Assembly: GCF_009914755.1 (NCBI RefSeq)
Contig: NC_060928.1
Reading direction: 5' to 3' (one strand)
DNA length: 64,000 nucleotides
Origin: the human T2T-CHM13v2.0 reference genome, Homo sapiens
The notes under the pieces were generated by a model, which saw nothing but the letters and a program-made list of their open reading frames with translations, ran no database searches and was not told the origin of the DNA. This document shows, in pieces, positions 40,961-52,489 of the stretch (the first letter of the stretch is position 1; every line of letters begins with the position of its first letter). A program made the position numbers and the translations under genes.

Positions 40961-42449
40961 GTATTATCTTATATAGTACAATAATAGATGAATAATTAAT
41001 TGGATGAATATATGATTGTACAAAGTGTGTGTGTGTTTGTAGAGAATCTTCCCCACTCACCTGCTAATTTAATAACATTTTGTAGTAATTTCTGATGTAA
41101 TGTATATCAATTTTCCATTTTTTGTTTTTCTGTTTCACAAATTTACGGACTTGTGGTTTTCTAGTTTGTCTGGTTCTTTAAAAAAAAAAGTCTTTTGAAT
41201 TTTGATTGAAATAGCATTGAATTTATTGAGTAACTGAATTGTTTTAAACATTGAGTACTCACATCCCTGCATATAATTATTGATTCATCCATGAATTGAA
41301 TATTTTGTCAAGTACCATTTGGTAACTATTTTGTTAGACTCATATTTAAGTAACATTTGGGAGTAATTTTTATCATATTTTTATCATATTATATACAATG
41401 TTTTTACTGTTGATGTATAGAAATGCTACTGCTTTTGTTTTTATCTACTTTTTTTTCATTCACTCAACCTTGTGGAACTCAGTATGTTTTTAAATAGTTG
41501 CTGATAGATTTGTTTGACTTTTCTATATACCTAATTGTATTTTCTGCAAATAATAATTATGTTCTTTCTTTTTTATGACAGTTTTCTTAAGTTATGTTCT
41601 CAAGTATGTTCTATTCTTACTCTACTGGATGGGACTTTCAAGATAACATTGTGGAGGAAATCAATTATAGATATATTTGGTCTGCTTTTTTCAAACTCCA
41701 GTTATTTTCTAACATCATTTATTTATTTGTGTTATTTTCATCTGCTAATTCAGCCAAATTAATTAAATTTTAAAATTTTATTTTATTTTTTCCCAGTTGT
41801 AAATGTTTATATTTTATTTATTTATTTGTTTATTTTCTAGTTAATATTTTTTATTTTTAATAGTGGTTGGTATTTGTGAAAATTAAACATAAAATCTGGA
41901 TATAAAACAATATTGATTCTGCATGGTCAATCATTTTCATTTCAAATGGGGGTGGAGAAAAATCACCATTCTTCTTATTAAAACATAATAGTATTACTAA
42001 CATTTGCTGAGCACTCACTATGTGCCAAGTACTATGTTAAGTTATAATTTTACATGACTACTTTTTAATATGCATGCATGAATTAACCAATGTCAAGGTA
42101 ATCATTTTTTCAATATTCTGCCAAATAACAAAGTTTAACTCCCTTCCTCTCACAACTTCACTACTTTAATTTGATCTTATTGACAACAATCATAATGAAT
42201 CTCTATCTCTCATTTTTTAAGATGAGCAAATATTTAGATTTACTAATAGGTGTACAGAAATTTTCATTCACCAAAACTTCTTCCATCATGCTTTATTCCA
42301 AGTTTGATTTCTTTGTTGAATTTAAAATTTTAAATTTTTAAATATAAAATTTTTTTAATTCTCTCAATAATTCAAAGAATTGAACTATCACGTATTGATT
42401 GCACTAAAAGTGTTGTATTTCTTTAACTCATAAGTTAAATTTAAATAGT

Positions 42450-43320
42450 AACTGACTCAACTAATATTTTTTAGTATATTCTATATGTCAGGTATTGATG
42501 TAGGTGCTAGGGCTGTAACACTGAACCAAAAGGCAAAACTATATGCAAAGAGCTTATAATCAATTGAGTCATTATAAAATAATAAGATGTACAATATAGT
42601 GTATGCCTGATTCTTATTAAGAGAAATAATAAAGAAGGGTAGAGAATCCCTGGGCACAAGAGAAGCAATGCCATTTTAAGACAGGATGGTTGAGGGAAAC
42701 CTACTTGATAACACGGCATATGAGTGAAAACCTGGTAATATAAAAGAGTCAGCCACGCAGTGATACGAGTGCACAAAGCATTGCAGAGAGGTTGAATGAG
42801 AAGGGGAAAGCTTCTAATCATTGAGGAGGAAGAGGACAGTTCCAAGTTGAGTGTAGTTGAAGTGAAGTAAAGTAAAGAGGAGAGAGTAGAAGAACTAATA
42901 GAAGTTGAATTCAGAAAGCCATTAGCTTTTGAGACCATGTAGACCCAGTCCAATGCCTAAGGTGTTTGGCTTCTAGAGGAGTAACATGAGAAGCCATTCA
43001 ATCGTTTTGGAGATTGGAGTGAGGTGATCTGATTGTCATTCTAAGAAATGGTTTTATTTTGCACATTTTTAACATATGGTTAGAGAGGAACATCTAAGGG
43101 GATACGAACAGCGGATGTTTGGAGATATAATTCTGTAGCACAGGGAGGAATCAGGGTTGGACCAGGGTTGAAAAGATTCAGTACGTAGAAAGTTGTTGAA
43201 GTACAATAAGGGTATAAGAATACAAAATTTGGGCATTTGAAGATAGGGGAACAGAGGATAATGGACAGGAAACATCAGTGCTCACATGTTGGTAAAGGAC
43301 GTGGAAGCCGTGAAGGAGTC
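42450..43320 (-). mobile_element. L2
   Basis: tatgtcaggtattgatgtaggtgctagggc...gagaagccattcaatcgttttg...gtgatctgattg; accounts for ORF 42507-42953. Confidence 0.75.
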
Positions 43321-43799
43321 AGAAAAGAAGTTTATAGGTTTTCCTAATTATTCTCCTACGATTTTCTAAATTCTTTTCATCTCTTCACTCAAGTGTTTTG
43401 TTTATTATTATTTGCAGTAATAATTTTATATATTTATGGGAAATGAATGATGTTCTCTTATATGTTTACATGGTGTAATGATTAAATGGAATCCTGTTTT
43501 TTTGTTGTTTTATACCATTTCTTCTCTTACACACTTCACACTTTCTCTTCACTTTCTAAACTTCTGGGACAGGTTTTCTCAGCTACATGGTACCTATGAA
43601 ATTGCAGCTGCCACACTCCTCAATTATTGCTAATGGCTCCATGTGCTAGCTCTCACTCCACACCTTATTTCAAACTTTTATTATAAGGGTTTTTAATAGC
43701 ATTGGCCATTTTACAACTCACTCCTATATAGGTTATCTTCTCCTTTTGTTCTAGAGCATTACCTTTTAGGTGGTTTACCACAAAGACATAAATACCAAT

Positions 43800-44925
43800 T
43801 TTCTTCATAGTTCTTCTTTCTTTGCCCATTTATAAAATTATATTTTATTCACTGATATAAACTACATAAACAACAAATGCTCAATTTTTCAAGCTGAAAA
43901 CTGGGGGATTTTCTAAATTTCCTTGTTTTTCATTTCTTACATTTAGTCCATACCTACTTTTTTTCATTCTGCCTTGGAAATAATTCTCATATCCTTTGTG
44001 TTTCTCTTTCTTCACCCTAGCACACATCTATCTGTTCAGGGTAAAATTTCCCATAGCTTGTATTATGGGCCACTAATTATTTGATTCTTAATAAAATGTT
44101 ATATAAAAATGATTTCTCTTTTTAAAAAAAAGGAAGAAAAAGAAAATAAAGATTGGGAAGTGCATTAAACAAACAGATACATTTGTTAATTGTAGGATAC
44201 TTTTAGACTACTTTTAGAATACTTTGTGAATTACCAAGAGCCCCATAAAGTATGAAGTATTTTACAGAACCTCTTTCTTGTTGAGAATCTCACAGGCAAA
44301 TTATTCTGCTCAGAGCACACTGTGAAACTCTGAATTCCAGAATTTGTTGCAATAGCCTCAGATTTGCTCTCCTTTCAGACTGGCTTCCCCAAAACTTTCT
44401 AAGGTTTTAGACTAATTTATAAATCTGATTATTTACTCCTTTGTTTTAAGCCACTCAAATGGCTCTTTATTGCTTATTTAGGATAAAATCTAAAATCTTG
44501 TGTGATCCAGACTTTGTCTAGTGTTCTAATTTCATTCCACTACTCTCTGTTAAGCACACTGACCTTCAACCATATTGAACTATTTGAAATTCCTGAACTC
44601 ATTCTGTTTTTTTCACATCTCCGTAACATTCATATATTTTTTTTACCTTCTTATAAAACAGCTTTGTCCCTCCTTTCCTGTTGGCTAAGTTCCATTAATT
44701 GCTGCGTATCTATTGTTTCTTGGGAATATGTTCTACTTTCCTCCTCACAACTCGAAAATATTTTGTGCTTTTCTGTTGTACTCATAACTCCCAAGCATAC
44801 ACCATCCATTATACTCACATAAAAACTCTTTTAGTAGAGCCTCATAATATTTTGTTAATGTGTCTTTTTCTTCAATGAAAGTAATTTCATAAGACAAAAT
44901 CTGGTATTCATGTGGAAGGAATGGA
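43800..44925 (+). mobile_element. L2 with an inserted hAT-Charlie-type MER (about 44030-44335)
   Basis: aatggctctttattgcttatttaggataaaatctaaaatcttg (L2); gagaatctcacaggcaaattattctgctcagagcacactgtgaaactctg (Charlie-like end). Confidence 0.55.
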
Positions 44926-44932
44926 GTCAATA

Positions 44933-44975
<43 letters not shown>

Positions 44976-45009
44976 TGTGTATATATACACACATATATAT
45001 CTATATATA
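44933..45009. repeat. Compound (TA)n(CA)n microsatellite
   Basis: Seen directly. Confidence 0.95.
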
Positions 45010-45016
45010 ATTTGTT

Positions 45017-45338
<322 letters not shown>

Positions 45339-47025
45339 TTAATTGAGACAGAGTCTTGCTTAATATATATATATAATATACATATAGTAATATATAGTAT
45401 ATATGATAGATATTATATATAAAACAGCTTTTTCCCTCCATATAATATACATTATATATAATACATTATATATAACAGCTTTGTCTCTCCATATAGTATA
45501 TGTATATTCTGTCTGCCATGAATTTAGAAACTGTTTTTATATTATGAGTCATTGCCCCTGTTAGTATTTTAGTGGGCACTTTCCAATTCTGATCTCTTTT
45601 CCTTTGGTTAAATCACACTTGGAATAATGTAGTTAGAAATGTAGTGCATCAATTTGCTCCATTTCTGTTTGCAGGTACTTTGCACTAAATAGTTATTTGC
45701 TAATATTAATGTGTGGTATTACTTGATTCTTCTTCCTCATATGTACTATTATTAATATTAGGAAGCATCTGTAATGATCCAGGATTTAATTTCAATAAAA
45801 TTTGACACACTTATTTTTTAATATAATTATATTATATATGATATTATATGTCACACTTATCTTGCGTGAATGTTAAATAATGTTGATCTAACAAGCTGTT
45901 TAACTGGTTATGTTTTACTTTATTTGAAGTACTGTAAGTGAAAATCATTTTATAATGTTTATGTTTTATTTTGTAATGAAAATAGAAATAAAAATGTGAA
46001 TATGACAATGAAACATCTGTATAAAATACTTATTGTGGAGAATATAATTTGGCAAGCAAGGTTTAAGTGTCTAAATTTTTATCCATATGCATTTCTCTAA
46101 GGAAACTCAATTTCCAGGCAGGCGGCTGTACTACATGATTGTGTAACTTGCCTAATCTAATATGACATATGAATATATTAATTTTAAAACAACTTCATTG
46201 CATGTATCATTGGCTACCAGTCATTTTTAAATGTTCCCCAATAATGGTGTGATAGAAATTCTGTTAACTAGTGTGCATTAGATTGAATGGATTTACGTCC
46301 TGAAGACTTCTAGCTGGTTTAATAATGCAGGTTAAAATGTTACACTAATACATGTATAATACCAATACATCTTCAACATCATTGTGTCTTGTGCCTTTAA
46401 CAAAACTGGTTGAGATGTATTCTAAAGAAAAAAAATTAAACAGAGTTTGATTAGAAAATGTATGAATTTAATAGGTCAGAATGTTGGAAATATACATATT
46501 CCTGTCTTTAGAAGAAAAATAGATCTATCTAATCTAATCTATCATCTATCTACATTTCTTTATATTATTTTCACATTATTTTAATGAACTGAAATGATTT
46601 TTAAACTAATTAAATAATTGTTAGACTTTATCAAATATTTAAATAATTTAGAAATATAAAATAAAATCAATTTTAAAAGTTGTATGTCTTAAATATTGTA
46701 AGTATTATCTAAATCTTAGATATAACTTTATATTAAGAGCTGAAAAGAAATACCTGGAAATTATCTTAGTATGATTTTTTACCACAACATTATTTGTGGT
46801 GGTAAGATTTGACCAATCCATTAAAATAAAATGGCTATTGTAGAATGAGTAGATAAACTGTGGTACACATTTTTGATGGAATAATTAATAGATAAAACAC
46901 CACAAATGTAATCTTAAATGTATCCCTCTAAGTGAAGGATGGTAATCCTAAAAGACTAAATATTTTATAAATCTACTTATAGGACATTTTTGAAAAGGAA
47001 AAAATACAGGTTTAAAAGCTGGTCA

Positions 47026-47127
47026 GTGTTGCTTTGGCAGCTCATATACTGAAATTAGAATAACACGGAGATTAGCATGGCCTCTGCTGAAGAACAACAT
47101 GTAAACTCATGAAGCATTCCATTTTTT
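47026..47127 (+). pseudogene. U6 snRNA processed pseudogene (RNU6-type); its A-tail lies at about 47395-47436 beyond an inserted Alu
   Basis: gtgttgctttggcagctcatatactgaaattagaataacacggagattagcatggcctctgctgaagaacaacatgtaaactcatgaagcattccattttt aligns end to end with U6; ACAGAGA box damaged; sits inside an L1 fragment. Confidence 0.95.
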
Positions 47128-47379
47128 TGTTTGCTTTTTGTTTTGAGACAGAGTCTTGCTCAATCTCGGCCCACTGCAACCTCCGCCTCCCAGGCTCAAG
47201 AGATTCTGCTGCCTCAGTCTCCCGAGGCGCCCACCACCATGCCCAGCTAATTTTTGTATTTTGAGTAGAGACAGGGTTTTACCATGTTGATCAGGCTGGT
47301 CTCAAACTCCTGACCTCAGGTGATCCACACGCCTCGGCGTCCCAAAGTAATTCTGAGATTACAAGCACTGCGCCCGGCC
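47128..47379 (-). mobile_element. Alu (S-type) with three internal deletions, inserted in the U6 3' end
   Basis: gagacagagtcttgct|caatctcgg, ctcccgag|gcgcccacc, gattacaag|cactgcgcccggcc; TSD gcattccatttttt / gtgttccatatttt. Confidence 0.94.
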
Positions 47380-47727
47380 GGTGTTCCATATTTTAAGCAA
47401 AAAAAAAAAAAAAAAAAACAAAAAGCAACAACAACACATCCGATCAGTGATTTTCAGAAGTTGATGGTGATTACAAAAGGGCATCCCCAGAGAACTGGGA
47501 GATTGATATTACTGTTCTTAATCTTCATTATGATGCTCTTTAAATGATTGCATCCATGTGTCTAAACTCATAAAACTTCTCATCAAAGAGGGTAAGATTT
47601 ATTACCTATACATTTTTTAAAATCAAATTAAAATATACCACTGTTTCTATAAACTATTTAAGTTACTTTCCTCTAAAATGATGCTCAGCATGTACTTCTT
47701 CAAATTTTCCTTATGATACAATTTCTA

Positions 47728-47812
47728 TGTCAATGTTATAGGGTCTTTTTTATCTACATATTTTCCCTGTCAGTTTTATAGGGTCTTTTTTATCTACACA
47801 TTTTCCCTGTCA
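47728..47812. repeat. 40-bp tandem duplication (2.1 copies, 3 mismatches)
   Basis: tgtcaatgttatagggtcttttttatctacatattttccc / tgtcagttttatagggtcttttttatctacacattttccc / tgtca. Confidence 0.95.
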
Positions 47813-48374
47813 CACATATTGAAAAATTTAAATCCATAATCTCAATCATATGCTTAATGTACCCAAATTATTTTCATAAGGAAAAAAATAGAATTTGGAG
47901 GAAATAATTTTTCTTTTATCATCGATTAGTATGAAGAGTCAGCATTTGCTACTTTAAATATCTCGTCACATAAAAGTGTCATGTGGTTCAAACACAGATT
48001 TGTTTCAATGATGAATACATTGATTTTTATCATATTTTAAATTCTTCTAATTATTTCATATTTTTCCACCTTCAGTAAATCTACTACAGGGTCTTTTCTA
48101 AGGACAAGAATTCTTGCATTTTTTATTTATACGTCCAATTCTTCTATTAAATATGTCCTCTATTTATATATATTTATATATTTTTTCTTTTAATATTAAT
48201 CTTCACTAAGCAATCTGCCTCTAATTATATTAATGATTTGCTGCAAAAGGGTTGTGTAGATTGTGGGTTATTAAAAATTTGAGTAGTTAAAGAGAGTTAT
48301 TTTATTGGTTACCTCTAGTGAGCTTGTTAGTCATTGTGAAGCACTGTGGCTACTCCATTTATTATTTTTCTTTT

Positions 48375-48850
48375 TCAACATGCATTTAAATAAATCTACT
48401 ACATACCAGGCACAGTTCCATATGATGAGAGTATGGACTAATGACATAACCTCCTCTCAAGAACCCAAGTAAGAAGAATAAAAAGGAACAATTACCTCAT
48501 AATATAACTACACATATTATGAGGGAACACATGGAAGGGAAAGATGACCTTGGCTTCAGGATATAAGAAGAATTTTAGAGGTGTGGCAATTAATTTGGGT
48601 TATGAAGGAAGGGTATGTATTTGCTATGATAACATAGCATTGGTAAGGCCATGGCAGCAGACGGAAGAGGACAGGCAAAAGGTATGTGGGCCAGAGGGAT
48701 AAGTCAGGGCCAGCTATGGAAAAGTAAAATGTATCCAGTTTCAAACACTTTACATATTCTACACTAAAAGAAAACATGATTACATTTGTAATTTAGAAGG
48801 CACTAGTAAATCTAGCAATAGTTTGAATGTTGGTTCAGAGGGAGATGAAA
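48375..48850 (-). mobile_element. L2
   Basis: caacatgcatttaaataaatctactacataccaggcacagttc = L2 3' end on the reverse strand. Confidence 0.7.
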
Positions 48851-49619
48851 ATTATTTTTATTGTTATAACAATATTACACATTTTTATCTTGAGTTCTCA
48901 TTGTTCAAGGCATGAAGTGGGTCACTTTTTACTATTAAAGTCCATTTAATAGTAAAAGTAATGTAAATTTATTATTTCTAATTTGTTTATAAATATATTT
49001 AGATAATAAAAATAGCCTTGATGCTTGTCTGGTTCATGTGCTTATTTCCTTCTTGATTGCAGAATAAACATGACCCAGATCATGTTTGTCTAGGCTTTTT
49101 AAAGAAACAATAATACAAACATTTCCAAATAGTTACCTTTTCTCCGGATAAATATTCCCTTAAACTTTTGTTTACAAAAGTTTACAAAAAAAAGGGGTTA
49201 CAAAGCAAATCAAACATAATTCTTTCCCCACAAATATTGATAATCTAGTTGAGAGGAGTTCTTAGAATAAACACAAGAAAAGACAAAGCCATATTTATGT
49301 CATAAAATAGAGAATAGAGATATATAATTGATGAGAGATATCATTAAAATTAGAATATAAACTCATACTTTATTAAAATCACAAAGCTAATAAATAATTT
49401 GAAATATTTCTATTATATTTAAAAGCATCACATTTTTTGGTTGCTCTGATGAATATGGCCCCCCCGTATAATACACACACATCACTATTCATCTTACTAA
49501 AACATTTACTTGACCTTCTAAAAAATATTTCTCTACATGTTATGATACCAAAGAGAAGCAATGGAATGGAATGCAACGTTTGGCTATTTTGAAAATTTGT
49601 ATGTATTAACTTCTTAATT

Positions 49620-50095
49620 TGGGAAGGGATGAACAATTATCCTTACTAAATATATCAAAATTGATCCTCAGAAAACATATGAGATAGATATTATTTCCAT
49701 TTTACAAAAGAACACAATGAAATTAATAGATTATTGCTAAACGCCTGGTGTGAAATTGAAAATGAATTTGATTCAAATCTAATGATTTCAAATTTAATGT
49801 GGATACTTAAGTACTATAATACTATAGAAATTAAACTCTTGAAATGAGCTTGTGTGATTTTTTTTTAATAAAACCTTTAAAAGTACCTGAAAAAGCACTG
49901 CTTGATAGTTCAAAAGATATTCATTGATAATCAGTGGTTACCCATGAAGGCACCCTCTCCATACCCTAATTTATTCATGTATAAATAAAGAAAATACTTA
50001 ATCGTTTTAAGTGAGGATTCAATGTGTTAATATTTGTCAAAATTATTAAACACTGCCTAGCACGTAGAACATGCTATACAAATGTTAGCTGTTAT
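49620..50095. mobile_element. Two MIR fragments (about 49640-49820 minus; about 49940-50095 plus)
   Basis: gagatagatattatttccattttacaaaagaac; gtgaggattcaatgtgttaatatttgtcaa...tgcctagcacgtagaacatgctatacaaatgttagct. Confidence 0.7.
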
Positions 50096-51349
50096 TGTTG
50101 TCTTTTATAATGTTGGTATTATTTTAATATATATTTTTCAGATGTTGATGTGAATCTATTTAAGAGATACACAACAGAAAATATATTGATAGGGTATCCT
50201 AACAGATAAATTTTCAGCAGTTTCAGCTTCTTTGTCCATGTTACTTATTTCAAGACCTGAACCCTTCCTTCTTATCCTTCTGCTCTTTAAGTTTTCTTCC
50301 TCCTCCTCCTAGACTTTCTACTTTTCCTCCTTATAGTCCTCTTTTTCTAGATCTTCAAGGGGACCTATTTCTGGGAATGGAGTTGAAGTTTCAGGCATTG
50401 TGTTTGAATGCCTTTATTTGATGTGCCCTCAAAGGTTGAGTCTTTTTTATAAGGATCCTCAAGAACATAGTGCAAGCCCCACAATCATCAAACCTAACTA
50501 TGATGCATGAGTAGGAAGCTCACGGTTAGGGACAACAACCCCACAGAGTTCCGAGTAGGTTTCCGGATAACTTGCTGGTGTAAACAGTGGTGGATAATAG
50601 TTTCTCCTCTTAGAATTTTGATTCTATTTGTAAGTAATAGAAAATAGCATTTGAATAAAACATTTCAGTACATATCAAAAAAAAACAATTTCAGATTCTT
50701 AACAATAATTGATCACTTTGTCAGTAAATATTTGAAATCTAGTTTCCATTACTCGTCACGCAATATTCTCCAAAATAATTTATCTTTATTAGATAGAGGT
50801 TCATGTCTTCATCTTTTGTTGCCACATCTTGTTCATCCCATGAAATTTCTGAATCTCAGTACAATGTTACACTTGATTCAGCAACTTGGAATATATAATA
50901 AGTTAAAAAATGGATTAAGCTCTCAAATTATGTGTGATTCAATACGTATTACATAATAACATTTGACATGAAGCCCAAGGTTTTTACAATACCTTTATTT
51001 CTAAAAACATGAACATTTGGTTTGGAACTGAGAAGTCTGTTAATTAATTTTGAATTATTCCATCTACTTTTCTCAGTATCACTGACAAGAAAGTAGGAAG
51101 CACATCAGCTATTAATAATCACAAAAACAGCAATAGTCCTTTTTAACCACATTCCAACTGTTACCACTATTTAAATTTACAAATTACTTTTCTACATTTA
51201 TCTAAATCCTTCTACAACATTGCTTTCTTAGAATGTACTATAATTCCTGAAGATTATTTCTTTTCTATTTCAAAAATATGGCATTTGTCGTCCTGTTTTT
51301 TAAATGAATGTAGGTAGTTTCCTCTAATATCTAGTAAAAATTCAGTCTG

Positions 51350-51720
51350 TTTTTTCCTTCTTGCCTTTCTTCTCTTATTTTTCCAATTTCTTCTATCTAT
51401 TACCATCACTTTTCTCCTTGGGCAGTTTGGAATCTTAGCCTAGAAAACATGCTTATTTCTCTGTTGTTTTTCCTTCTGCTCCCTGCTGATATATTTAAAC
51501 ATGTTACATCTATATTCATAACTTCATATTTAAATTTCTGAAATAATGCCCTAATTGGTCTGCTTCTCTCCCTGCCACCATTATTCTGACAAACCTTCAT
51601 TTCTAATCCAACACACAGCCAGTAAAATACTAACATGCTTATGTCACATTTTCACTTCCTTACATTACTACCCTTAGTAAGTCTCCATCTCACTGAGGGT
51701 AAGACAAAACCCACACAATA
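51350..51720 (+). mobile_element. L2 fragment
   Basis: ctgaaataatgccctaattggtctgcttctctcc...tccaacacacagccagt...ttatgtcac. Confidence 0.6.
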
Positions 51721-52489
51721 TTATGGGTAGTTTTCAAAGGGAATCGTATTACTTTCAAAGGCTGTTTTATGTTTTTTCCCTAATATTTGGGAAATTTTAT
51801 ACACTTACTAGGTGGAACCACAACTGTTTAAGGTTTCTCTTTTATAAAGAAGAATACCACCAAGTAAAAATTGCCCAGTATCCTACCATTCTTGAACATC
51901 CATCTAGATTATCAGGTAAATCAAACAGAACAGAACAAAACAGAAACAACAAAACCATTTATAAAAACAGAGCCTAGAATCTGAGTTTTTAAAATATAAA
52001 AATCCAGTATTTTAAAGTTTTTATGTACTCTTTATTTTCCTATGACCATATAATCAAAAAGATACTGTATTTCACTTCTATGACATTATCTAAAGTTATT
52101 AACCATTGAAGCAATCCATAAAACACATATGACAGAGACTTTGTGACATTTGAGTTGTCAGTTTAACACAATCCACATTGGTAATTTTCACATGCAAGTA
52201 TGCAACAGTGGAGATTTGAAACAACTTTTAACAGACTTAAAAATAGGATAACCATATAATATATCACTTAAATGGGGACACTCTTGATCGTGAAATATGG
52301 TATTAAATCAATTAGTACCTAATATTTTTGAAATGCTTCTTTCTTGCTTGATTTATTGATTAATACTGTTGGAACTACAAAGTAGTTATTTTCAAAATAT
52401 TGCTGCCTAAAAATAGTATACATTTGTAGGTTTAAGCAAAATAACATTATTGACTGAATATGTTTTTATAAGAGAATTTCTGCTTTCCA

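Larger units (their letters stand above)
39480..41760 (-). mobile_element. Old L1ME fragments
   Basis: Antisense L1 motifs (ttgattgaaatagcattgaatttattga, tgatgtatagaaatgctactgcttttg, ttttctgcaaataataat). Confidence 0.65.
46780..47640 (+). mobile_element. L1MC/MD 3' fragment, host to the U6 retrocopy
   Basis: gataaactgtggtacac...ctaagtgaagga...ggacatttttgaaaaggaaaaa, resuming at gatcagtgattttcag (about 47441). Confidence 0.75.

Noticed and set aside
42507-42953. Longest ORF in the window (148 aa)
   Set aside because: Lies within an L2 relic, has S/L-rich low-complexity composition, and shows no recognisable domain.
47026-47127. Functional U6 snRNA gene, or U6-L1/U6-Alu chimera
   Set aside because: Many substitutions including the ACAGAGA box, embedded in L1 sequence with no evident U6 promoter, and has an A-tail; the Alu is antisense with its own TSD.
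50380-50600. Slightly GC-richer unique patch with a few CpGs
   Set aside because: I could not assign it to a repeat family, RNA or reading frame; too little evidence to call.
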